Source: Isurus oxyrinchus
Lineage: Eukaryota
Reading direction: 5' to 3'
NCBI GenBank assembly: GCA_026770705.1
Contig: JANJGN010000016.1
Coordinates: forward strand, 111,848,001 to 111,912,000
Length of the DNA stretch: 64,000 bases
Both the position numbers and the translations under genes were made by a program. Under the pieces are notes generated by a model. That model saw only the letters and a list, made by a program, of their open reading frames with translations, ran no database searches and was not told the DNA's origin. How positions within the stretch are numbered: the first letter of the stretch is position 1; each line of letters opens with the position of its first letter. Shown piece by piece: positions 38,947 to 50,228 of this stretch.

Positions 38947-41900
38947 CTCAAATCACTTAAAAAAACCTTGAGAGAGAATGTAAGCATCCTATTCAACTGT
39001 AGACATAGATGCTCTATGATGTAATCTACCTCCAAGTAGACATACATGATGCAAACCTATAATCCCTTTGGGCACACTAACATGTGAGAAGTGCTATCAA
39101 TGATAGAGGCACAATACAGTTTTAATTGTATTCTATTATAAATTATCCAAACCATAAATATTCAAAATCATTGAAAAGTCACATTTTCATGGATCTGGCA
39201 AGCTGCCATTGAAAACTTTATTCACAACTGAATCCCAGGGTTCCAGCCTTCAGTGAACTTTTATTATAATAACAGCTGCTCTCTGGACCATCTATGGGCA
39301 ATGTAAAGATGCCTTCTGGTCTTCCTACAGAATCACTGGCCAAAGGGTTGTGACGGTAACCACACCAGCATTATATAAGCTTTGGTAAAGAAAGCTGATC
39401 AACATTGGGCACTAACACTGAGCAATGATCTCCCAGTTCTGGAAGTTGACCCATTTCTTCCCAACATTCCCCCCTCTTCTTTAGGCAACTAATCATCCAA
39501 GTGGCCATTTTTTAATTCAGATGCCTAGGCAATGAGACCAGTATCATGGCCAAGTCCAATCCTGCTCTAACCCAATATCCCATTTCCAGTAGGAATTACT
39601 ATAACAGGAGTTGATTTTACGGTGCTAAAATCCAGAGGTGAGTAGCCAATTTTAACGCCCTAACTGCTACTTCAATTAAAAGCAGTTAACTCACGATTAA
39701 GGCTGGAAGCTTCTGGTTTGACTTTGTGCAATACCAAATAAGGTCTTAATTAAAAAACTAAGTAATTAGGAAAGATCTGAACGAACCATATTCAAGTTCA
39801 GGCACTAGACATGCTTGTTTTACATACAGGGAAGTCTAACTTTGGGGCAAAAAGATTCCAAGGAGCATTGGAAATAATTGTTCTGTCATAATTGTCCTGA
39901 TTCTGATGAACAGCTACCTCACTAAGAGAAATGAAGCCAACATCTTCCAGGTCTGTATTCCTCAATACCACAAAACCAATGCATTTAGGCAATGAGTTAC
40001 TGAGACTCAAGACAAGATTCTATTAACCTAATGCTTTTTTTTGCTTAAAATTGAAGTCTTGTCTGTAATTGCCAACTTTTACATTCAAAACTATTCACCT
40101 CGGAGCTATTGTATTGCAAAGAAACACATTTCCACGATAGCTACCCTTTATAGGTCATCCGATAGTTACAGCAGACGAAACACAGAACTTGGCAAAACTT
40201 GCAGGTAAATTGTGATTTACATGAACAACTTTAGCAACGAATGCACTGAAACTTAGTGTAGCCTAGAGTTCTATCAACACCTTCAACTTTTTATCCACTT
40301 TTTATTTGGGTAACAAATTAAATTTATAAAACACAAGAAATGAAAGATGTACAGTTTTGTCCCACTGATGGAGTACCTGCATAGGCTACATACAAAACTA
40401 AAAATAAGAGAATTAATAATGTCAAACTGCATTTTTCTCATGTGTTGCTGCACATATGTGACATTATACGCCATATATGCTTCAACACCTTTTCCAACAA
40501 GTTTGGTAAACTATCGTTACTCAACCGGTCACTTTAGCCTGGCTCCAACCGCTCAGTTCCACCTGCAGTTCAGTTAATCATAAACAGGTTGTTGTCACTT
40601 GGCCAACAAATAAAGCCTCATGCCAGGGTTATAAATTTTCTAGGCTCTAGCATAGTGACGCTGGGAAGGTGCAGCTCTCACTCTTACACAGGCACACTGA
40701 CTTTACTTCATGTTCCATTAGCAAGCAGATGAGAGAACAGAGCCCGACTCAAGAGTTGAACAACAGACATACCAACAGTTATCATTGAGCTACAGAGCAC
40801 ACCAAACAGTAATAGCAGTACGATGACCAGGCCTAACCTACTAAACAGCATCACAATATCACAACATCTGTTAGCAGATATCCTGTGTATTCTGGGCCTC
40901 AAGTTGGTTATTATTTTTATTTTAAAAAACTTCTGTCTACGTAAGCATCTGTTCTGACCCAGCCATTTAAAGTACAGCTGTAAGTGAAACAAATTAATTT
41001 TTGAAACAGCCGTACACACACTAACATGATAATTTTCCAAAATAAATGACTCCCACAAAGGCAGCTTGCTCTTGTAGCACAAGCTTTACACTGAGGAAGC
41101 AGCTTGTACTATTTATCATTCACTATCGCTGACATACTAAGTCAAGGCATCCCAGCGCTCAAGTATTAACTATGCAGAGCATGTGTCAGCAGCCAGTCGA
41201 ACCCATCAACAAAAACAGCCATTCAGCAGGGAAGAAGAGCAAAGCAAACTAACAATCTGTTACAAACTCTGCTCCAATACGCATCTCATTTGAGCTCAAT
41301 TCACAATTGCCAAGTGCCTTCAAAAAAAATCTCCCTGCTGGGTTGTCAAATTATAGAAGTTTCCATTTTCTTTTTCATCACGGGATCTATTTTAAAACTA
41401 TATTTTTGATATGCACGAGAATTATTTCCATTCTGTGAGAAACACATTTCCATAGATTGTTCTTCAATAATGCAGATCAATCTCCAACCTCTATCAATGT
41501 CTACTGATCAATGTCTACTGAAAGTTTAAATGCTGGATCTTAGATACAACACAGGTTTATCCTGGATGCTTTCGCTGCACTGACATGCTCCCGGAACCTG
41601 CTGAAAACGATATGTACCAGTACAGAGTAACGACAATAACCAAAAGGCAACAGTGGCAAATGATCTTTCCTATGAACAGACCAGAATTCAAGGTTTATGT
41701 CAAACAACAACATGCCCAAATGTAACTCAAATACCTTAGAAATCTTTATTTTAAAAGAACAAAAGTACACAATTTTATCACAAAATCTTTCTCAAACCTT
41801 CTTTCGTTTGCTTAGTTATAACGAAGCAGCGCCATCAGAGACTGGCAGCACCCAACAAAGCCAAACCAAAATCTCTTACCAGTCAACCAATATTCATTTA

Positions 41901-42131
41901 GGCTAGAAAGCCACAATCAATCATTTCAAACTATAAACCAGTAAATTCCTGTAAGATCTGTATTAAACAGGTTTTATAAACAATAAAATTCTTCCCTCCT
42001 GCAAAAAAGCTAAGTATCTGCAAATGAGCATCACTGTCAATTTCAGAAATGACACTCCATTTGGCAGCCATTCTCTCTGTACCCAACAGAATTATTTAAA
42101 CCTAATTCACAGGAATTTTTAAAAAACTCAC

Positions 42132-42216
42132 ATAATCATGGAAGGCTTTTGCTTCACTCGAATGTTCACATGTGTCTCGCCTTTCAGGAGCTGCACAGTA
42201 AAGGTCCCAAAATACA
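42132..42216 (-). CDS. SSBP3: SSBP3 coding exon 4 ([28 protein letters not shown])
   Basis: Acceptor cccccag|TGTA, donor TAT|GTGAGT, 85 nt. ERRDTCE is the SSBP3-type variant. Exons 1-4 total 276 nt (92 codons). Confidence 0.96.
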
Positions 42217-44729
42217 CTGGGGGAGGAAAAAAGATTGTGTTACTATTTCTCTTACTCTCAATGCAAAAGATAATATACCCCAGGCATGCACATGCAAAAC
42301 AGTGTTCTGTTCACAAAGATCATTAGGCTGCAATGCACAGTGCTCAAGAGAATACACTACTCTCAATGATAAGCTATATAAATACAGGATGTATACTGGC
42401 AGCAAAGCCACAAGAACAGCTACGATTTTTAAGTAGTAGTTAATAAATTCACAGCTTGAAAAAGCAGATTGAACAGAATGCAACTCAGTTCATAACATTT
42501 ACAACAAAATGACAGAGCTAAAAAAGGTAATATTACTTAGGCCAAGTAACAATTAAATAAATTTATGCTCATAGGACTTGACTGTAAATGCTAACTGCTA
42601 GGAAACAAGTTACAATTCCAACCCATAACTTCTCTCAAGGCATTTGCTCAGTTCCATTCATACTGTCTGCTGCACATTCACAAATCCCCAGGTTCCACCC
42701 CAAGCCTGTACCTGCAGGTGCTCAACTAAAACATTTACCTGACTGAACCCGTAAATTTGCAAACTAGTCAGTCATTATTCCATATAATTAGTGTCCCGTT
42801 GACAGCTCTCCAACTTGTACTATATATAATTCACAGCCATCAAACCAAAATCCTGCTTTATCTTAAACAGGCCTACTTGTGAGAATTCTTAATTAATAAT
42901 TAGGGACAGGTTATTGTAAACGTGATAAATAAAGCTGATTTCCACACACCACCTTTTTGTCAGAAATTCCAATCCTCTCAGATGGCCCACATTCATAGAG
43001 GTACAATTTCACAGGCACCAGTATCTTCTAAAAGACTAGTCCATCTAACAGTGGTGGCAAGCAAGCTACTCCACTACAGCTATGTGTCATCTAAACTTCA
43101 TCTTATCCTTCACAAAACCCCATCTTGCCCTTACCCACTTCACAAACACAATCAGATAAACACAGAAGACAGTCATTTGCACCATTCAGTTCAACCATAA
43201 AGCCTACAATCTCCCAACTGGCTGCCCCTTGAATGACTCCCAAGCTTTCACTACCACCACTTAGCTAGAAGACCATTCTAACTACTTTTTACCTGACATT
43301 AGTCTAGAAGTTGCCTTCTGTTGCTTTATATATATGTTTCAGTCCTGTTTCTACTACCAACTTTTCTACTTCTCCTGGTATTTTATTGAAAGCTCTAATG
43401 TCCCTTTACATTTGCCTCCATTCAACAGACACCCTGCCAGCAGGAGTTAATGCATAACAATAACTAACTCTAGCTGGTTCTACCCCACCCTAGCCTGGAG
43501 TCACCGAGGACAACTATAGCACCCTACTGCTTAGGCCAACATTAGCACAAATGCAGATTGAACCTAATCTATATGGCTCAATCTCACACTGGACAGTGTA
43601 TCTAACCTAACCATCTTTCAGGAAGGTTAGAAGTGCTTAATCACTAAAAATATTAAACATTGCTCCCAGGGCTATGTGGTCTTTCAGCTTGCTCATTGGA
43701 CATGGAACATCAGGCAAACCTTACCACCTTCACCCAACTCCCTCCCATAGCACTGCAGATGAGATCCCAGAGTGACTGATGAAGGTGGGGGTGGGGGTGC
43801 GAGGCACATTTTTTTTTAAAGTTTAGTTATGGAATGTGGGTGTCACTGGCTAGGTCAGCATTTATTGCCCATCCCTAATTGCCCTTAAGATGGTGTTGGT
43901 GAGCCGCCTTCTTGAACCGCTGCAGTCCATGTGGTGCAAGTATATACACACACACACATATACACACACACACAGTGATGTTATGGAGGGAGTTTGAAAC
44001 TAAACATGCATGCTTTGTGCTGCTATTGCACCTTGTATCAGTGCTTAGCCTGTCAATAGATTTTTTGTATACTTAAAAGATTCTGGTATAATGGTTCCTA
44101 TTAAATGCAAATAAAATATGATCATGAGATTCTCACAATTATGCACAGTACATAATTAGATTCAATTAAGTCCAAAAAGATGATAAAATCTATATAGAAA
44201 TCCTACAGGTTCCAAACATTAGGTGCTGTTCAGCTGGGATTAGCTTCAGCACAATTTTAAGTCAATCACTTCTATAAAACTAAGTGGACTAATCAGTAGC
44301 AAACTTAGAAAAAAACAGAATAAATAAGTACACCTTCTGGCTTCTATCAGTAGATGAACCCATATGATATTTATTAGTACAACACACAAACAGCTAAATT
44401 AGTCACTAGGCTTCACAATCTTTGCCCCACTGAAGACTCGAGCTTTTTATCAACACACAGAAGGGCCAAAGAAAATCACTGAGTTTAGAATTGAGGGGGT
44501 GAACAAACAGTTCAATAGTTATACCAGAGACTCTCCAAAAAAAAATCCAGACAAACAACGGGCTGTTCAAATGTTACAAAGAGAGCAATATCAAAATGAC
44601 ACACTTTGCACATTCAACTACAAGGCAATACAAATCTGTATCAACTTTCCCATCATCACTGAAGCCCCCTCAAGAGAGGCTTTTATTGAAGAGAGAGAGA
44701 AAATGGGAGACTAAAATAGAATTTTGAGC

Positions 44730-46295
44730 CCTCTCCAACAGTTTACTGGGTTGCGTGCCGATAATGTGCCAGCTCAGCCTTCAGCCAACTGAGGATGAGT
44801 ACTTCAGGGCCAGGATCTCAAACCCAACACTAAAGTCATGGCCTACCAGGCAGCAGTGATCCCCGTGCTTCCACATACAAACATACAAATTAGAAGCAGC
44901 AATACCCATTGTGGCCTCAACTTCACATTCTACCTGCCCTCAATAGCCTTTGACTCCCTTGTTAATCAAGAATCCATCTGCCTTAAAAATACTCATTGAC
45001 CCTGCCTCCACCAAGGTGGGGAAGAGGGCTCCAAAGATTCACAATCCTCAAGAGAAAAAAATTTCTTATCATCTCCATTTTAGACAGGGGACCCCTTATT
45101 TTTAAACTATTCGCCCTAATTCTAGTCTCTCCCACAAGGAGGCATCCACCCTGTCAAGTCCCTTAAGGGTCTTATATGTTTCAATAAGATTACCTCTCAT
45201 TCTTCTAAACTCTAATGGATACAGGCCCAGCCTGTCCAACATTTCCTCATAAGATAACCCCCTCCACCCCAGGTATCAATCGAGTGAACCTTCTCTAAAC
45301 TGCTTCTAACGCATTTATATCCTTCCTTAAACAAGGAAGCCAAAACTGTACACAGTACTCAAGAGCTCACCAATGCCCTGTACAATTGTAGCAAAACATA
45401 CCTACTTCTCTACACCATTCCCCTTGCAATAAACAACAACATTCCATCTGCCTTCCTAATGACTTGAAGTACCTTCATATTAACTTTTCCTGATTCATGT
45501 ATCAGGACACCCAGGTCCCTCTGTACCTCAGAGTTCTGCAATCTCTTTCCATTTAAATAACATGCTACTTTTCTATTCTTCCTGCCATAGTGGACTAGTT
45601 CACATTTTCTCACATCTGCCAAGTTTTTGCCCACTCACTTAACCTACGTCCCTTTGCAGGCACCCAATGCCCTCTTCAAAACTTATTTTCCTACCTATCT
45701 TTGCTTATATGCTTTGGAGAGTTGAACAACCCACAGCACATCAAAACACTGGAAAAGTACCACCAGTGGTGCCTTCACAAGATCCTCCAAATCCAGTGAC
45801 AAGGAAGGTGGTCCAGCAACAGCATCCTCATCCAAGCCAACTTGCTTAGTCTCAAGGTGCTAATCACTCAAAACCAGCTTCATTGGGCAGGACATGTAGT
45901 TCATGTGCCTGATACCAAACTCTTGAACTGCTCTACTTGGAGCTTGGTTGCAGCAGGAGACTCCCAGGAGGACAGTGGAAATGTCCTCAAAGCATCCCTG
46001 AAAAGGTTAGGCATCCCCACCGACTCATGGGGGTCTCTGGCTTGTCACCAACCAAAATGAAGAAAGTTCATTCAGGAAGGCACCAGACACATCATGAGAC
46101 TTCACCAGGAACATGCTACAGCAAAGTGAAGGTGTCAGAGGGGGCGCATAAAACTCAAAAACAACTCATCTACCCAGCCCTTCAAGCACCACCTGCCCCA
46201 TATGTTGGCGAGTCTGCAGATCACACATTGGACTTATCAGCCATCTCAGAACCCACTGAACCAAAGTGGAAGTGAGTCATCATCGATCCTGAAAG
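44730..46295 (+). mobile_element. RTE-clade LINE 3' fragment interrupted by a CR1
   Basis: QLHWAGHVVHVPDTKL and G.R.PGGQWK...LKASLK motifs typical of the RTE ORF C-terminus. The 5' part (44730-44870) resumes at ~45700. Confidence 0.78.
44875..45700 (-). mobile_element. CR1-type LINE fragment inserted in the RTE
   Basis: ORF 45410-45634 (KCELVHYGRKN...YLNGKRL...QRDLGVLIHES...KADGMLLFI). Tail ends in ttgtatgt repeats. Confidence 0.85.
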
Positions 46296-47673
46296 ACAGT
46301 TTAACAGAGAGAATACACATCCATGCAGACTAGAAGATCTGAGGTTCAATGCTAATTTGATCAATATCAGCTGCTATAGCAACTGATGTGGTAGAATTGG
46401 CTTCTACACTCTTTGGCTTGGGGGGGGGGGGGGGGTGCGCAATCAAATATGGTTCCATTGTTGACTTCTGTTAAGTAACTTCTGCATATAAGGGCGTTGG
46501 ATGACTTATTACATTCCAATTTACATATAACCGGTGAAGTAATTGATCCTTTTGTGATGGGGGTGAGGGGGTGGTATTGTTTGTACTGCCTGATATTCAG
46601 CACCAGTAAATCAATCCCTATGAAGATATGGGCCCCAAGTTTGGTTTGTTATGCAGCCAAGACTAAATAGTGTGGTATAGCGGTGCCAAGCAAAAGCAGA
46701 TGCCCTGCCCATGAAGAGTGATGGAGAGGTGGTGACTGGAAGGTTGAAAGTGGAAAATGGTTCAAGATGATCTGCTGGACTTCCTTCCGGCACCTTAGCA
46801 TCCAGCCCACAGTGACTGATACAGCAGGCCAATTACTGTAAATAACTGAAGGCTGGCCAAAATTTTACATATAAAATGTATAAATGCAAGTATACTAATA
46901 AATAAATGTTTATCAACACTTTAATTCTGTGACAGGGGTTACACAGAAACAAATTGCTCCACGTCAACAATCTGTTTATTCAGAAGATAGTTTTACACAT
47001 CACAGTCTAATGTAGATGTCAGTCATGTGTATGGTATGGAACTCACAATCCACTTAAAGTATGTCCAGTATGAATTTCCCCTGTATCTTTCCCACCCCCA
47101 TACATCCCTAAACAGCTGCCATTTCCTCTTTTAGTTTCAGCAGGACTGTATGGATGGCTGTTAAGCTGCAATCAGCATCGCTCTGTAATCAGTTAATAAA
47201 ATGAATACCATTGTGGGAACGCCTCTCAATTTTTCACTCCAAGATGTTTAACTGCAACTTGGGGGTTGAATTCCGTCCTGAATGAATTTTTAGTTCTCTC
47301 AGTTTTTCTAAGACAATATATTGAAACACCACTGAAAAATTCAACAATTCTATTTCACCCCTCTGCCCTCAAAGCAGAGAAACCACCACTATGTGGCCCT
47401 ATCCAAATAGCTAACAAACCAACAGGCAAAACTGATCCCAATAAAGTAATTCTGCTGTGAAAGTGAGTCAAAGAATGCAGATTCCAACTTCAACCTCCAG
47501 TCTGTACTGGGTTGTACCCCAACTGGCAGGGTGGGAATGACGACAGTCTTTTCAGGGGTGGGGGCTTTGGAGAAGTTAATTATTTAGGCACGGTGCCCAT
47601 TCAACACACTAACTCCTACTTGAAAATGGGCACGTGTGGGCATTGGGCAAGAACCCAATCAAACTCGCCTGTG

Positions 47674-47800
47674 TGTGAAGGGTCATTCGGACTCGAAACG
47701 TTAACTGTGTTCCTCTCCACAGATGCTGCCAGACCTGCAGAGTTTTTCCAGGTATTTTTGTTTTGGATTTCCAGCATCCGCAGTTTTTTTGTTTTTATTT
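47674..47800 (+). mobile_element. Short Penelope-like terminal-repeat insertion
   Basis: Near-identical to 2507-2628. Flanked by direct repeat tcgcctgtg (47665-47673 / 47801-47809). Confidence 0.7.
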
Positions 47801-48607
47801 TCGCCTGTGATATCATTCATGATTAAATAGTTTGCCAACTCCCACATGAAGAATAGTGACTTGGGTGAGGTCTTGGAAAATTGTTACCACCTGTGGAACC
47901 ACATAGCAGCAACAGGCAAAGTGTTCATTAAAGAGGATAAAAATTGGAAGTTGCATTCTTCTTAGGTTTTAAAGAATCAGTCAGGGTGGCATTCAACCTC
48001 CAAGGTGCACTTTACCACTTAACCAACAAGTTCTAATAAACCACCAAAACAGCCAGGATTTCTACCCATTTTAACAAAGTAACGTCAGATCCAAGAGCAT
48101 GAGGTTTTAAAAAAATTTTAAACCTACGTGATAAACAGATGCATCTGAATCTTAAAACCAACAGCAAAGCAGCTAGAGTTTGGAAGCACTATCCAGTACA
48201 GTAACTTGGGGGAGGGGAAAGAGGAGTGATTCACACAGGTAATATTTCTGTCTCTGCAATCGTTGCAAAACGTTCTCATCTACACTTGCAATCGCAGCAT
48301 ATGGCTGCATGGCTCACAGTACAATTTTGAAGATAACCCATGAAAGCAGTATTTAAAAAAAAACCCCACAGCGAATAAGTAACGAAAGAACGTTTAAATC
48401 AACACCAAAACTTCCGATTTTATCAAGAGGTGCCTGTTGCTATTAGAGCCTTTTGTGTTGATTCCCATTATCTGTGCTTTCTGGTACAATGTTGCCAAGA
48501 AGTTCCAAGAGAAAACAGAAAATAAAAAGTATCCACATTTATCACTTGGAGCGATGATGGGAACTCTGCACAAGCCCAATGTGGGACACTTAAAATTATC
48601 GACTTAC

Positions 48608-48669
48608 CACCACCAGGAGTGTAAAAACCCAGGAGGTTCTCCTAATGTAATATTTTTCTCCCATCGTAT
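48608..48669 (-). CDS. SSBP3: SSBP3 coding exon 3 ([21 protein letters not shown])
   Basis: Acceptor ttttgcag|ATA, donor TG|GTAAGT, 62 nt. SSDP family peptide in the correct phase. Confidence 0.96.
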
Positions 48670-48945
48670 CTGCAAAATAAAAAAAAACAAACACTCAGAA
48701 AAAGTACAGAATAGGGGGGAGTGGGAGAAGGTGGGGAGGGGGGGGGGGTGGGGGGAAAAAGAGAGAGAGAGAGAGAGAGCGGGGAATGAGGGGCAGGCTG
48801 CATTCGGAACTAGTCAGCTGAATAGATTCCTTTTTGTTTTGTAGCCACAATAAATGGCAAAAGGTTAACACAATTCAAAATGGAGGCGAGATTGTCCGCC
48901 CGAGAAACAAAGGCTAAAGCGGAGCGAATGGAGACATGCAGTTAC

Positions 48946-49018
48946 CTCTGAGAGGAAGGTCTGTGCAGATTTCTGTGCCCCGACATGAAGCAGATATTCG
49001 TACACGTACAGAGCCAAC
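48946..49018 (-). CDS. SSBP3: SSBP3 coding exon 2 ([24 protein letters not shown], LisH/LUFS domain)
   Basis: Acceptor ccgcag|G, donor GAG|GTAAC, 73 nt, phase-compatible with exon 1. Canonical SSDP LUFS peptide. Confidence 0.96.
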
Positions 49019-49091
49019 CTGCGGGCGAAGGAGACACAAAAGAAGGAGCCGGTTACCAGGCTTTCCATTTATATTACAGCGGGAATGCAGA

Positions 49092-49252
49092 AAGAGAGAG
49101 AGAGAGAGAGCAAAGGGGGGTGGGGGGGGGGGAGAGCTGGTGGTGCTGGTGGTGGTGGTGGTGGTGCTGGGGTGTGTGTGTGTGTGTGTGTGTGTTGGAG
49201 GGGGTTGTTGGTGTTGGTGTTGGTGGTGGTGTTGCTGGTGGTGGTGGTGGGT
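49092..49252. repeat. Compound microsatellite in intron 1: (GA)n, poly-G, (GGT)n, (GT)n
   Basis: Directly visible. Confidence 0.9.
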
Positions 49253-49636
49253 TTGTCAGCGAGCGGCGCTGCACCCCCAAGCCAGCCCCCGCCGGACACA
49301 ATGTTTCATTCAGTTTCTTTGCAGAAGCGGAAACCCCACAAGCGCTTGTGCGACTCAGAAAGAAACAAATAATTATAACCATCACGGCAACCAGAAGAGA
49401 TTTAATTCCCCGGGATCTGCTGCGGCGGCCGCTGTCCGGCCCCGGGGAAGCCCAGTTAAAAAACGGGGGGGGGGGGGGGGGGAGGGAAGGAGGGAGGAGG
49501 AGGAGGGGGGGGGGGGTTGTTGGGAGGGAGGAGGGGGGGGAGGGGGAGAGGTGGTGGTTGGTGGTGGTTGGTTGGGGGGGGGGGGGGGAATTTTTCCTGG
49601 ATGGGCATAGACAACAAAAACACCATTAAAACTTAC

Positions 49637-49692
49637 TTTTCTCGAGCCTGCCCGTCCGAGGGCACCGCCGAACCTTTGCTTTTGGCGAACAT
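49637..49692 (-). CDS. SSBP3: SSBP3 coding exon 1 (MFAKSKGSAVPSDGQARE-K)
   Basis: ATG at 49692 on the minus strand (context gagcATGt), 56 nt, then donor AA|GTAAGT. The peptide matches the SSBP3-type N-terminus MFAKGKGSAVPSDGQAREK rather than the SSBP2 start MYGKGKSNSS. Confidence 0.93.
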
Positions 49693-49959
49693 GCTCTTTT
49701 TTTTTTGGGGAGGGAAAGGAGCTTGCCTTGGCGTCGGGCACCTGTCAAACCATCAAACCCGGGGCGACCCCATCGCCGCGTCCGCGCACGCAACAAACGC
49801 ACAACAACGCGCAACAACGCAGCCCCAGCCCCGGCCCTGGCCCCGCCCCGGCAGCGGAAAGGGCGCGGCCCTCGGCCCCCACCTCCGGCGCCGGACCGGC
49901 CAATAGCCGGCCGAGCTTGCCCGTCACTCTCCCTTCCCTCCCCCCCTCCCCTCCCCACC

Positions 49960-50228
49960 GGCCGCCGCCGGCCAATTGGTAGCCTTCCCTGCCGTGTCAA
50001 TCAGCCACGGGTCCCTCCTCTCTCCCCCCTCCCCCCCCCCCACCGCCGCCGGCCAATTGGTAGCCTTCCCTGCCGTGTCAATCAGCCACCGGTCCCGCCC
50101 CCCACCGCTGCCGACCAATTGGTAACCTTTCCTGCCGTGTCAATCAGCCACGGGTCCCTCCTCCCTCCCCCCCCCCTCCTCGCCGCCGGCCAATTGGTAG
50201 CCTTCCCTGCCGTGTCAATCAGCCACGG
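49960..50228. repeat. Four copies of a ~45-bp module ccgccggccaattggtagccttccctgccgtgtcaatcagccac with variable C-rich linkers
   Basis: CCAATTGG starts at 49972, 50053, 50115 and 50190 (periods 81, 62, 75). Copy 3 has a few substitutions. Confidence 0.95.

Larger units (their letters stand above)
1..42131 (-). other. SSBP3: SSBP3 intron 4 (partial, >42 kb)
   Basis: I found no match to the expected exon 5 (SAAAAPSPV...) in the window. The region is repeat-rich and non-coding. Confidence 0.8.

Noticed and set aside
41493-41520. 14-bp direct duplication atcaatgtctactg x2
   Set aside because: Simple slippage event with no further structure.
42132-49692. Assignment to SSBP2 or SSBP4
   Set aside because: The MFAK.KGSAVPSDGQAREK start, the 56-nt first coding exon and ERRDTCE fit SSBP3 best. 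Synteny or phylogeny would be needed for certainty.
49960-50228. Repeat-spacer pattern resembling a CRISPR array
   Set aside because: Vertebrate promoter context, no cas genes, and the spacers are related low-complexity C tracts of variable length.
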